DNA of 10,035 nucleotides from Octopus sinensis. Lineage: Eukaryota. Of this stretch, positions 1 through 9,470 are shown one piece after another (positions within the stretch are counted from its first letter, which is position 1; the number at the start of each line of letters is the position of its first letter). A model generated the notes under the pieces. That model was not told the origin of the DNA and searched no databases. It saw only the letters and a program-made list of their open reading frames with translations. The position numbers and the translations under genes were made by a program. Location of the stretch: contig NW_021827629.1 of NCBI RefSeq assembly GCF_006345805.1, forward strand, positions 1 through 10,035, written 5' to 3'.

Positions 1-241
1 TATTGCCATTCCATCGAACTTTCGTCGTCCGAGGTATCAGTATGGGGTATAGAGGAAAACGAACAGGATCATTAGTATGTGTATAAATTGTTGATGTTTT
101 GTGCGTGTTGTTTGTGTTGTTGTGGTGTTAGGGGTGGGGTAGCATTGTCTTCTCGTCAGTGTTTTCTGTCTTTTTATTGTCGTCCTGGGTGTGGGTGTGG
201 GTCGATTTTTTGAAGATTCAAAAAGTTTAATGGTTGTGACG

Positions 242-1131
242 TCAACGGTGATTGTGTTGGTACTGTTTTTCTTGGTGATGTTGTTGGGGTTTGTTTGCTG
301 GTTTGTGTTTTTCTTGGCGTTGTTCCATAATTGAGTGTGTTGGTGTTGGTGTTGGCAACAAAGGGATTTTATTTGTTTTCTGAATTGTTCTTTCTTGTTT
401 TTTCTGTACCAGATCGCACTTGGCAATCAAATGTTCGGGGCTGCCACATTTGTAGCATCTAGGCTTTTGCCTTCTGCCATAACATATAGGCATTGCCCAT
501 TCTCCAAGTATATCTTGTCGGGTAGGCTCTCGATAGAGGCCCCCTCAATCTGGATGGTCACAACTACTGTTTTTCCACCCCAATTGTCGTTTAGGTACAC
601 GGCTGTTTCTAGAATATTGATATTTTTCAAGTGGTAACAGATGCCCCTGTTATCCATTTGTTCGGCATATCGGGGGGGCACATTTCTGATAGTAATTCTA
701 CTCACCCTCTGGTTTTTATAATAAGGGACCATGATGATTTCATCATTTCCCAGAGACTCAGTAGAGTGAGCTTTTGCCACTTCCTGGTTAGGGAAGCGGA
801 CCACTACTGTGTTAAACTGGGACCCAGTTTATATACTCTTTTCTTTCATTATGTTTTTTAAACATTTCTCCACATCAGTTTTTGTAATCTGTTCATTGGT
901 TTTTGTTTTTTTAATAATTTTATATACAATTGTCTTTATTTCTATTTCTTGTTTTATATGTTGAGGTGTATGCAGCACTAAATCTTGTCCACGGGTTGTA
1001 AAGAGAGCTCTGTTTCTATGAGCTCTTCATTGAATGTGAATGTTACGATTTCTTCTTCTGCGAAGAATGTCTGCGAAATTTACTGATGTGTTGACTTTTG
1101 GTATTAGCATCTTCACTATTAGATAGTTCAT
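242..1131 (-). pseudogene. Disrupted gag-like ORF1 protein with CCHC zinc knuckle (Tx1/L1-type)
   Basis: ATG at 1131 is in frame with the 427..804 ORF but is interrupted by TGA (1027-1029) and TAA (829-831). It reads ...NFADILRR...VVRFPNQEVA...RITIRNVPP...LPDKIYLENGQCLYVMAEG. A 1-nt frameshift near 463-471 joins it to KPR-CYKCGSPEHLIAKC (C-x2-C-x4-H-x4-C, 416-457). A low-complexity Q/T/P/K tail follows and probably continues past position 1. Confidence 0.7.
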
Positions 1132-1209
1132 TTTTATTGTTGTTCTGTTGTTGCTGTTGTTTTTGTCAATAGTTTCGTTTCAGTTTTATTTTATTCATTT
1201 ATGTTGGTC

Positions 1210-1242
1210 GTGGTAGTGGTGGTGGTGGTGGTGGAGGTGGTG
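1210..1242. repeat. Imperfect (GGT)n trinucleotide tract
   Basis: Sequence gtggtagtggtggtggtggtggtggaggtggtg; a shorter similar tract lies at ~1282-1302. Confidence 0.8.
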
Positions 1243-1663
1243 TGTGGAGCAGTATAGTGTTGTCTCGTGGTTGCTGTTGTTAGTGGTGGTGGTGGCGGTG
1301 GTGACAGGGGTGTTAACGCACGTGGTTGCAGCGTTCATTCACCGAATTTCACGTTGGCATTTTCCGTGCGAACGTTCTTTTTTTCTCTGTCGTTCCAGAC
1401 TAGGAAAATGTTGTTCCAAAAAAGAACGCGACCAGCGTTCAACAATAAAATTTCTAGACATTTTCTAATGTCGAGAAGAAAAATAACAGAAATGAAATGG
1501 GGTCGAAACTGCCCCTAGGGGCGAATCCTCCCTTGGAAAAGCACTCAAATGAAAGTTGGTTGCCTTACACACTTATTTGCAAAAAAATCTACACAAAAAT
1601 TGGCCTATAAATAGTCAAAATAAATGATTACCTTCGGAGCTGAAAACGACAGCACATCCGTCA

Positions 1664-1729
<66 letters not shown>

Positions 1730-1730
1730 G

Positions 1731-1765
<35 letters not shown>

Positions 1766-1766
1766 G

Positions 1767-1833
<67 letters not shown>

Positions 1834-1834
1834 G

Positions 1835-1898
<64 letters not shown>

Positions 1899-1900
1899 TG

Positions 1901-1978
<78 letters not shown>

Positions 1979-2008
1979 GAGATGGATAGATAGATAGATA
2001 GAGAGATG

Positions 2009-2056
<48 letters not shown>
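1664..2056. repeat. (GATA)n microsatellite, ~390 bp, with occasional GATG/GAGA variant units
   Basis: Directly visible. Confidence 0.98.
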
Positions 2057-2057
<1 letters not shown>

Positions 2058-2140
2058 GTTTCTTTATTGGCCACAAAGGGCTGCACACAGATGGGACAAG
2101 TTACAAGGTAGAGCTTTTCTTTTGGGGGATGAAAAAAAAG
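2057..2140 (-). mobile_element. Heavily 5'-truncated 3' end of a non-LTR retroelement
   Basis: Minus strand reads ...aaagaaaagctctaccttgtaacttgtcccatctgtgtgcagccctttgtggccAATAAAgaaact followed directly by (ATCT)n. This is a poly(A)-signal hexamer (2063-2068) just ahead of a simple-repeat tail. Confidence 0.55.
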
Positions 2141-2155
2141 GTAGATGGATAGATG

Positions 2156-2186
<31 letters not shown>

Positions 2187-2225
2187 GGATGGATGGATGG
2201 ATGGATGGATGGATGGATGGATAGT

Positions 2226-2287
<62 letters not shown>

Positions 2288-2290
2288 AGA
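2141..2290. repeat. Compound microsatellite (GATA)n/(GGAT)n then (GA)n
   Basis: Directly visible; (AG)n occupies ~2243-2280. Confidence 0.95.
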
Positions 2291-2601
2291 GATCAATGTT
2301 TCTATGACAGTTTGTCAAAACAATTGTGGCTACTGTATGTATAAAAATAGGTGGAACCATCTAAAATATTGGCAGCTGTTGATTCCTTTTAGTCAAATGC
2401 GGACAGATTGCCTGGCGGACGCCGCTTCTAACCCACTTCGCTTCTTACTCAACATTCTCCGCATTATCGTTACCATTCTCGGTCATTCTGAATAATAAAC
2501 AGAAAATAAAATATATGTGAAATGACAAATGATTGTACAACAAATGCCTGTGTGTGTGTGTATATTCTTTTATTCGTTTATTTTTCGTTTGTTCCGGGTA
2601 T

Positions 2602-2757
2602 TTTGCTGCGGCCATGCTGGAGAAACCCCAGGACTTATTCCTCGTAAGCCTACTACCTATCCTATCAGTCCTGTTCGCCGAACCGCTAAGTTACGGGGAC
2701 GTGAACACACAAACATCGTTTGCCAAGCGATGGTGGGGGCACAAACATAGAGACACA
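2602..2757 (-). mobile_element. 3' half of a tRNA-derived SINE, same family as 4279-4630
   Basis: Aligns to the reverse complement of ~4435-4590 (ctgcggccatgctggag...ccccaggac...gccgaaccgctaa.ttacggggacgt.aacacac). It lacks ~23 nt (caccgcctttagtcgagcaaatcg) present in the 4279 copy. Confidence 0.85.
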
Positions 2758-2760
2758 TGA

Positions 2761-2762
2761 AT

Positions 2763-2793
<31 letters not shown>
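2761..2793. repeat. (TA)n microsatellite
   Basis: Directly visible. Confidence 0.95.
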
Positions 2794-3136
2794 GATAAGA
2801 AAGTTGGTTTGTGAAAGCACGTGGGTGAATATATAGAAAATAGTAAAGAGTGAAAAAACGACAGAAGGCTTTTCTTTTAATTATGTCATTAGAAGGCGAA
2901 AAAATTAAAAAAAAAAAATTTTCTAATATTCTTCAGACATATTGACGCAAAATATATATATTTTTTAACATTTAAGCTTTATATATAAATAAATGAAAGA
3001 ATGGAGTCAAACGACGATTTTAACAAAATTCCTTTACTCTCGACATATGTTTCGAAGACTGCATATTCTTAATTCCGAAGGAATAAAGGGTGCATTATGC
3101 CGGATAATTCCGATACTAGGATAATTCATTCACATA

Positions 3137-3138
<2 letters not shown>

Positions 3139-3225
<87 letters not shown>

Positions 3226-3236
3226 AATATATATAT

Positions 3237-3311
<75 letters not shown>
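3139..3311. repeat. (TA)n microsatellite, imperfect
   Basis: Directly visible. Confidence 0.97.
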
Positions 3312-3316
<5 letters not shown>

Positions 3317-3435
3317 TTATAACTTAGGGTATCAACGAGATAATAATAATTATTTCCTTTGAAGGTTTTTATTTCCATGCCGGCCATTGATAAGATCGAT
3401 ATTTGAATTAACAATCTTATCCTTATTATTTATAA

Positions 3436-3438
<3 letters not shown>

Positions 3439-3476
<38 letters not shown>

Positions 3477-3572
3477 TATATATATATATATATATACATA
3501 CATACATATATATATATATATATTATATATATATATATATATAATATATATATAAGTACATACATATATATA
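3439..3572. repeat. (TA)n/(TACA)n microsatellite
   Basis: Directly visible; abuts the SINE head fragment. Confidence 0.95.
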
Positions 3573-3734
3573 CGACGGGTTTCTTTCTGTTTCTGTCTAC
3601 CATATCCACTCACAAAGCATTGGTCGGCCCGAGGTTATAGTTGAAGACACTTGCCCAATGTGCCACGCAGTGGGACTGAACCCGGAACCATGTGGTTGGG
3701 AACAATGAACTTGCCACACAGCAACTTCTGCACC
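3573..3734 (-). mobile_element. 5' half (tRNA-like head + core) of the same SINE family
   Basis: Minus strand ggtgcagaagttgctgtgtggcaag...ccacatggttccgggttcagtcccactgcgtggc...gaaacccgtcg matches 4279-4390, including A-box-like and B-box-like segments. Confidence 0.88.
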
Positions 3735-3758
3735 TATATTATCTTTCATCTTGTATTC

Positions 3759-3798
3759 GTTTCAGTCATTGGACTGCGGCCATTCTGTAGCACCACCT
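3759..3798 (-). mobile_element. Isolated 40-nt SINE/LINE 3'-tail fragment
   Basis: Minus strand aggtggtgctacagaatggccgcagtccaatgactgaaac matches the SINE tail at 4561-4600; the cagtc/gactg stem is retained. Confidence 0.8.
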
Positions 3799-4278
3799 AA
3801 TTTAAACGATGCGAATGGAAATTAATATTATTAAATAATACTAATTTAAACTAGTGGTCAGCATACTTAACAAATGCCCGAGGATTATAGATTATATTTA
3901 AATATATAAATAAGAGGAAGAACCACCAAAGTGTCAATTAGGTGGATATTTCGATGCATAATTAGTGGAACGCTCTAGGCACGTGCTCTATCAAAGAGAT
4001 GATTGGTATTTAGTTCGATTATGTGTCTGTGGCGATCTACTTACCTGCTACAGGTAATTATTTAATTATTAATTGCGAAAATCTTAAGGTATGACATTAA
4101 CTGCAATCTTTTGCTTCCTTTCATTTGTCATGCTCGCAAATATCCAGCGTATGCTAATTTTGAGAACATATCCTTCGTGGTAAAACGATTTGGCGTCTAT
4201 TTCTTGCATATTAGGGAGCCACCATGATGGGCCATCCTCTTATTTAAATATAAATGATCTACTTAAATATAACTGATA

Positions 4279-4404
4279 GGCGCAGGAGTGGCTGTGTGGT
4301 AAGTAGCTTGCTTACAAACCACATGGTTCCGGGTTCAGTCCAAAGCCTTGTGAGTGAATTTGGTAGACGGAAACTGAAAGAAGCCTGTCGTATATATGTA
4401 TATG

Positions 4405-4437
<33 letters not shown>

Positions 4438-4630
4438 CTGTGTTTGTCCCCGATGCTGGTGTGTTTACGTCCCCGTAAATTAGCGGTTCGGCAAAAGAGA
4501 CGGATAGAATAAGTACTGGGCGTACAAAGAATAGGTCCTGGGGTCGATTTGCTCGACTAAAGGCGGTGCTCCAGCATGACCGCAGTCAAATGACTGAAAC
4601 AAGTAAAAGAGAAAAGAGAAAAAGAGAATA
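4279..4630 (+). mobile_element. Near full-length tRNA-derived SINE (octopus-type)
   Basis: Head carries Pol III A-box-like tggctgtgtgg (4289-4299) and B-box-like ggttcagtcc (4332-4341). An internal (TA)n(TG)n tract lies at ~4390-4436, followed by a second body, a LINE-related 3' tail (4562-4600) and an (A/G)-rich end. tRNA-derived SINE families (OK, OR1, OR2) are known from octopus; I cannot assign the exact family. Confidence 0.9.
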
Positions 4631-4827
4631 TACACACACACACACAAACACACACACAGACACGTCTACACACTCTCCTAAATACCCACATACATACGTA
4701 AGTACATAAGTACATACATACATGCGTATAGGCATGCACACATGCATGTACACACATACATACATACATACATACATACATACATACATACATACATACA
4801 TACATACATACATACATACATACATAC
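4631..4827. repeat. (CA)n/(TACA)n compound microsatellite
   Basis: Directly visible. Confidence 0.95.
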
Positions 4828-4879
4828 GGACATATATATCATGAACTAACTGTTACTTTCTCAGATGCAGCACGGAGTG

Positions 4880-4928
4880 TTGTCAGTGAACAGGTCGCGG
4901 TCTCAAAGCGACGAAAATATTTTGACAA
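4880..4928 (+). ncRNA. Minimal type I hammerhead ribozyme motif with G3:C8 core variant, probably from a Penelope-like element or retrozyme
   Basis: Helix I ttgtca(4880-85)/tgacaa(4923-28). Core GUGAACA (4886-92) plus one extra G (4893). Helix II gtcgc(4894-98)/gcgac(4908-12), then GAAA (4913-16). Helix III is the palindromic AAUAUU (4916-21). The UUU triplet predicts cleavage after 4922. Confidence 0.7.
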
Positions 4929-5005
4929 ATTAAATTTAAATGTTGAAGAGAATCTAACAACTTTGGTGTGTTTCTTAAATGGCTTATAAACACCTTCCAC
5001 CCTGC

Positions 5006-5008
<3 letters not shown>

Positions 5009-5038
<30 letters not shown>
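5009..5038. repeat. (TA)n microsatellite
   Basis: Directly visible. Confidence 0.95.
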
Positions 5039-5044
<6 letters not shown>

Positions 5045-5530
5045 TATTAGAGACAAAACCACTATTTTGCAAAACAAACAAGAACAGACTAATCAATACA
5101 TAAAATTTTAATAAATAGTCAAAAAAACCGCCACTACAATTGTTTCTTGTCTTGATCAGCGCGCGTCTACGATGAGTCTACGATTTTAAAAATAATTTAA
5201 CATCATTTTTTATTCCATTTTAATGCATAATTTTTCGTGTGTCGATGGCGGTGGAATTGGTGTCCATGGTCACACATGCACCTGTTTGCTTCTCCCCCTT
5301 ATTCCCTCCCTCGTGAAGCTGTGGGGAAGGGAGTGTAAGGAAATCAACGTCGTAATGCGTTGTCAAGGAGACCAGCGTTCTTTTAGAACAACGACTTCAT
5401 GGCTTGAAGACACCAAAACAGAAATGGCTAAGAAAGCCCGAATTGGCATCTATAAGGGAAGTAACTCTCTAAAAATGCTTATATAGTTATTTCCCTTACA
5501 AATCCGAGCAACGCCGGGTGATACTGCTAG
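5030..5530 (+). mobile_element. Probable non-autonomous Helitron
   Basis: The 3' end has the Helitron signature: subterminal hairpin ccg(a)gc-aac-gccgg (5503-5516), 10 nt, then CTAG (5527-5530) followed by T. The 5' TC terminus is not visible and is presumed lost in the upstream (TA)n tract, so the start is approximate. Confidence 0.6.
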
Positions 5531-5894
5531 TGTATATATACACGCATATATGGGTACAGACCTACATCTATACGCATGTATATAAGCATGTGTGGGCACA
5601 GGACGTCATGAGATATGTACAACAAATAATACGAAGCACGAGTACATGGAATGTGAATTATTCTTTCGAACAACGAAATATACAAAGGGAAAAAAAAAGA
5701 AACTATAAAGAACGACCCTTCATCAGTTTCTGGCAGCTTTGCTAGTCTCATAATTCGAGCATATATATATACACACACATATATATATATATGCGCATAT
5801 ATATATGATTGATTGATTGATTGATTCCAGTTTCAGCTTATGAGCTGTGGCCATGCTGGGGCACCGCCATTTGGTGTTGCTACTTGGATTCACT

Positions 5895-8829
5895 TCATGG
5901 AGGCTTTCTAGCAACTGCTATTTGGTGCATGAGAGAGTTCGATGCAGCTGCCCTCATCTGCCCCTCTGCCGTGAAGTTGGTTCATCTGGGACCTGACAGG
6001 AAGAGATCCAGCTCCATTTTAAAGACATCTGTATCCACCCCATGCAGGTCTCTCAGGTTCATCGGGAGGATATTGAAGAGATGTGGGCCTCGGAAGCCCA
6101 GGCTATACAGAATCTTGTCCTATATCTGATGGCAAGTTTGGAGTCCTAGGCACCACGCAGTGGCGCCCAGTTCTGGCGTTTGCGTAACTCTCGATGCCAA
6201 AGTTCAGGACACTTCCCTCCAGGATCTTCCAGATGTATATTATGGCATATCTTTCCCGACTACGCTCCAGGGAATATAATTTTAATCTCTTGAGTCTTTC
6301 CCAGTAGCTTACATTCTGCATAGAGGCTATCTTCTTCGTGTAGCTTCGTTGGATCGCCTCAAGTTCTGTGATCAACTTGACACTGGATGGTGACCATAGC
6401 TGAGAGCAATAGTCAAAGTGACAAGTGTCTTCCAGAGGACCATCATGGTTTCTTGTTCTCTTGTTCTAAAGGTTCTAAGAATCCATCCAGCCAGCCGTCT
6501 GCATTTCATTGTCAGTTTAGCAACATGTACATGAAAGGTCGCGTCATCACTCATGTGAATACCCAGGTCACGCACTGATTGTGCTTCTGGGATTGCAATC
6601 CCTCCGGGTCCAGTGTATTCCTTGGGTATTGCATTCAGTTTTGCATGCTGATAGTATAAAGCTTGAAATTTTCAGCATTGAACTGCATGCTATTCTTTTC
6701 AGCCCACTTGTATATTTCGTCCAGCTCATATTGCAGGTGCCTAGTGTCTTCAGGGTTCTGTATTGCCTGTGTGAAACTTGTATCATCTGCATAACTTGTG
6801 ATCGTGGCTCTCCGCGTGGCTGAGGGCATGTCTGAGGGGGGCCATTATGAACAGTAGTGGTCCCCAAAACAGTGCCCTGTGGAACACCGCTCACTATTTG
6901 CGTGCTAATGGAAGTGGCCCCATTGGCTACTACCACCTGACTTCTATTCTTCAGAAAGTCGTGAAGCCATTCTCCTAGTTTCCAACTATGCCAAGATCAC
7001 GCAGTTGTGACATATCATTCCATGATCGACTTTATCGAAGGCCTTTGCGAAGTCGAGATATATGACTTCCACATTTGAGTGGTTGAGCAGTTGTTTCAGC
7101 ACCAGTCTAGTGCTGCAGGAGCTGAGTTAAGCAGCTTCTTCCTGGTCGGAAACCATGTTGGGTGTCAGGCAGCAAGTCATTTTCTTCAAGGAAGGTGATT
7201 AGTTTCCTTCTGACTATTCGTTCCATGACCTTGCTGATGTGTGAGGTCAGAGAGATAGGTCTGTAGTTCTTGGCCTCCGCTCTGCTACCTCCTTTATGAA
7301 TAGGGCATATTTTACCTTCCTTCAGTTCTTGGAAGTTTGCCAGCTGCAAGGAAGCTCTGAAAGAGGAACTGCAGTGGTCTTGCTAAGACTCTCTTACATA
7401 CTTTTAGGAGGATTGCCGGGAATCCATCGGGGCCAATAGCTGAGTCTATTTTCATTTCATCTATAGCCTTTATTACATCGTCTTCCTTTATATCGATGTT
7501 AATTTAACGTCGCCCGCTCTGATTCTATATCTGCAGTGGTAAAAAAGTCAGTTGGATGCTGATTTGGAAATGCCCAAGGGGTGGAGTGAAAACACTCTTG
7601 AATTGTTCATTCAGTATTTCACTTACCCTCATTGGTTTTCCTGTGAGTGTGCATCCTTTTCAAGGAGTGGCCCTATCCTACAGTGCACCGTAGCTGTTTC
7701 TTTGGCATACCTGTAGAAAGCTCTGGGGTTAGTTTTATGTTGTCTATAGCCCAGGCTTCTTTGTCTGCTCTTTCCCTTCTCATGGGAGAGTTGCAGACAA
7801 TTTTCAATTTCCAACAGTTTTATTTTCAGGCGGGACTTTTCACTGCTTTCAATTGTTGTTTAGGCGATTTGAGATTTTGTGCGCGCCGTCTCATTAAAAT
7901 TTTTCTCTATCTGGGGATTTTGTTCTTGTGTACAGTGGCCTTTCTCTCTGGGACACATTTGTAGCATATGGCTTGCATTACAGACATGAATGTTGAGTAT
8001 CATGTCGATGTCCGGCGAGGAGAGACATTCAGGCCAGTTTTGTTTGAGGATCTCTTTCTCAATTGTGTTCCAGTTTGCCTTATTGAAGTTCAAGCTGGAA
8101 AGATTCTGAGGGTTCTTGTAGGCTGCATGTCCGTGCTCTCTTTTGGCCCGTACATGGTCAGCTCTACCATGTTGTGATCCGAGAGTAGTGTCGGTGTCAC
8201 TTTCACATTATGGATGAGATCCATATTATTTGTGAAGCAGAGATCCAGTGTTACGCGCTCTGGTTGGTTGGAGTATTACTTGCTCCATGTACAGGTGTTG
8301 GTGAGGTTCAGGAGGGACTCGCCTGTCCTCGTTCACATCTGTCATTCCTGGGAGAGAAAGGCCCTCGGGCCATCTGACATTCGGTAGATTGAAGTCTCCC
8401 ATGAGAAGTACACTTATGTGTTGTTCTAATGTGGTTAGAACTTCTTCTATTTTTAAAAGGCAGTCCTCAAACTTGCCCATATGACTTGGGGCATCGGAGG
8501 GCGATATGTAGCACACACAACTACATCAAGTTGCCTTATGTGTACAATTAGTGGTCACACACCGAGTTTGAGTATGACAAAAGGACCTGGGGTGTGAGGT
8601 CCCCACGGATGTACATAGCAACTCCTCCATGACTTCTTTCTTTCCTGTCGGTCCGTAGTACAACATACTGTGGTATGTGTAATTCCGCATATGCTATGTC
8701 CGGTTTCAGGTGCGATGCGTTTCCTAAGTGCTATGCATAAGGCTTGATTGCATGCGACAAAGTCTCTCAGGAACGGGACTTTTGTCCTGTTACTGTGTGT
8801 TGTAGTCCTCTGATGTTCAGTAGGAGCAT
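5895..8829 (-). pseudogene. ORF2: apurinic-like endonuclease + reverse transcriptase, many frameshifts and stops
   Basis: EN motifs across frames: MLLLNIRGL, RTDRKERSHGGVAMYIR, YRPP, LMGDFNLPNVRW, TLDLCFTN, LLSDHNMV. RT motifs: GPDG, PIHKGGSRAEAKNYRPISLTS, QHGFRPGRSC, VIYLDFAKAFDKVDH (~7022-7070), GVPQGTVLG (6862-6888), YADD (6782-6793), RDLGIHM. The reconstructed stop TGA is at 5895-5897. Confidence 0.92.
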
Positions 8830-9470
8830 CGAGGTGAGGTGTATGCTGTTGCCGGTGGTGTCCACCCTGGGTCCATCTGCTGTGCGCGGTCTTGTGACCG
8901 TGGGCAGTTCCATCTGCGAGCCTGAGCCTGATGGAGCCAGGTTAGCTGCTGTACAATCTTTTGTGCCATGCACAAAAAAGATTCCTGCTCAGCAACTGCC
9001 CTTTCAACAACACGTTGGTGGTTTGTGGTACGCACCACATCTGCGTACCTCCGTTTTGGGACCGGTGATGCGTGGTCCATCCCATTTCCTTTCGGTGGTT
9101 GGTTTCTGTGGCAGGGTCCCGGATGTGCAAAGCGGCAGCCTGCACCTTCCTCTCCATGCCGGCAGGCAGCTTTCAGGTAGAACTACATACCCGTGTGCGC
9201 TGCTTGTTTCCATCCTTTTGGCATATGGACAGTTAGGTTTGCCTCTATCCCTGGCTGCCTTGCCCTTGGCTTTGTCTGAGTTTTAGCTTCAGTTGTTTTC
9301 CTCTTTTTTTGGCCTCTTCATCTCCATGTCCATGGCTTTTGGTGCCGGTAGGAGCATCCGTACCTGGGTTCACCTCCCGGGCAGGCCTCTATCGCTGGAG
9401 TTTTCTTCCTGGGCGTCCACCAGGTGGGGGTGACCCTCCTCATCTGCGCCCGCGTCTCCATCCTTGCCAT
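8817..9470 (-). pseudogene. ORF1 of the CR1-type LINE, nucleic-acid-binding protein with CCCH-type zinc finger
   Basis: ATG 9470 is in frame with the 8817..9080 ORF, with stops at 9318-9320 and 9183-9185. FYLKAACRHGEEGAGCRFAHP is read directly. Restoring one A at ~9184 gives C-KFYLKAA-C-RHGEEGAG-C-RFA-H. The ORF1 stop overlaps the ORF2 start. Confidence 0.6.

Larger units (their letters stand above)
1..1662 (-). mobile_element. 5' portion (5' UTR + ORF1) of a decayed Tx1/L1-like non-LTR retrotransposon, running out of the window past position 1
   Basis: Contains the gag-like CCHC ORF below. The non-repetitive sequence upstream of it stops abruptly at the (GATA)n array at ~1663. No ORF2 is inside the window, so the clade call rests on ORF1 architecture only, and the 5' boundary is inferred. 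Confidence 0.55.

Noticed and set aside
1511-1522. Perfect palindrome gcccctaggggc
   Set aside because: A 12-bp palindrome is expected about twice per 10 kb by chance.
1615-2360. ORFs with LSIY/SIYL repeats
   Set aside because: Translations of the (GATA)n microsatellite.
2449-2487. Possible 39-nt minus-strand micro-exon (ttattcag| ... |gtaaga; MTENGNDNAENVE)
   Set aside because: Splice-like motifs are common by chance in AT-rich DNA and there is no homology evidence; it would need RNA-seq junction reads.
2880-2942. Minus-strand CUGAAGA within an imperfect inverted repeat
   Set aside because: No GAAA after the stem; a simple AT-rich hairpin.
3130-3644. IY-repeat ORFs (similarly the MYVC ORFs at 4557-4825)
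   Set aside because: Translations of (TA)n and (TACA)n tracts.
4039-4057. Perfect donor CAG|GTAAGT (minus) inside a 7-bp hairpin; resembles the U1 5' end
   Set aside because: Too short, no plausible upstream exon, and no further U1 similarity.
5650-5730. Minus-strand CUGAUGA (5720-5726) with a downstream CGAAA
   Set aside because: Helix II is very weak, position 16.1 is A rather than U, and no helix I closes; not a supportable hammerhead.
8744-9286. 180-aa plus-strand ORF
   Set aside because: Antisense shadow of the LINE ORF1/ORF2 junction with no recognisable motif; the same applies to the other plus-strand ORFs within 5821-9716.
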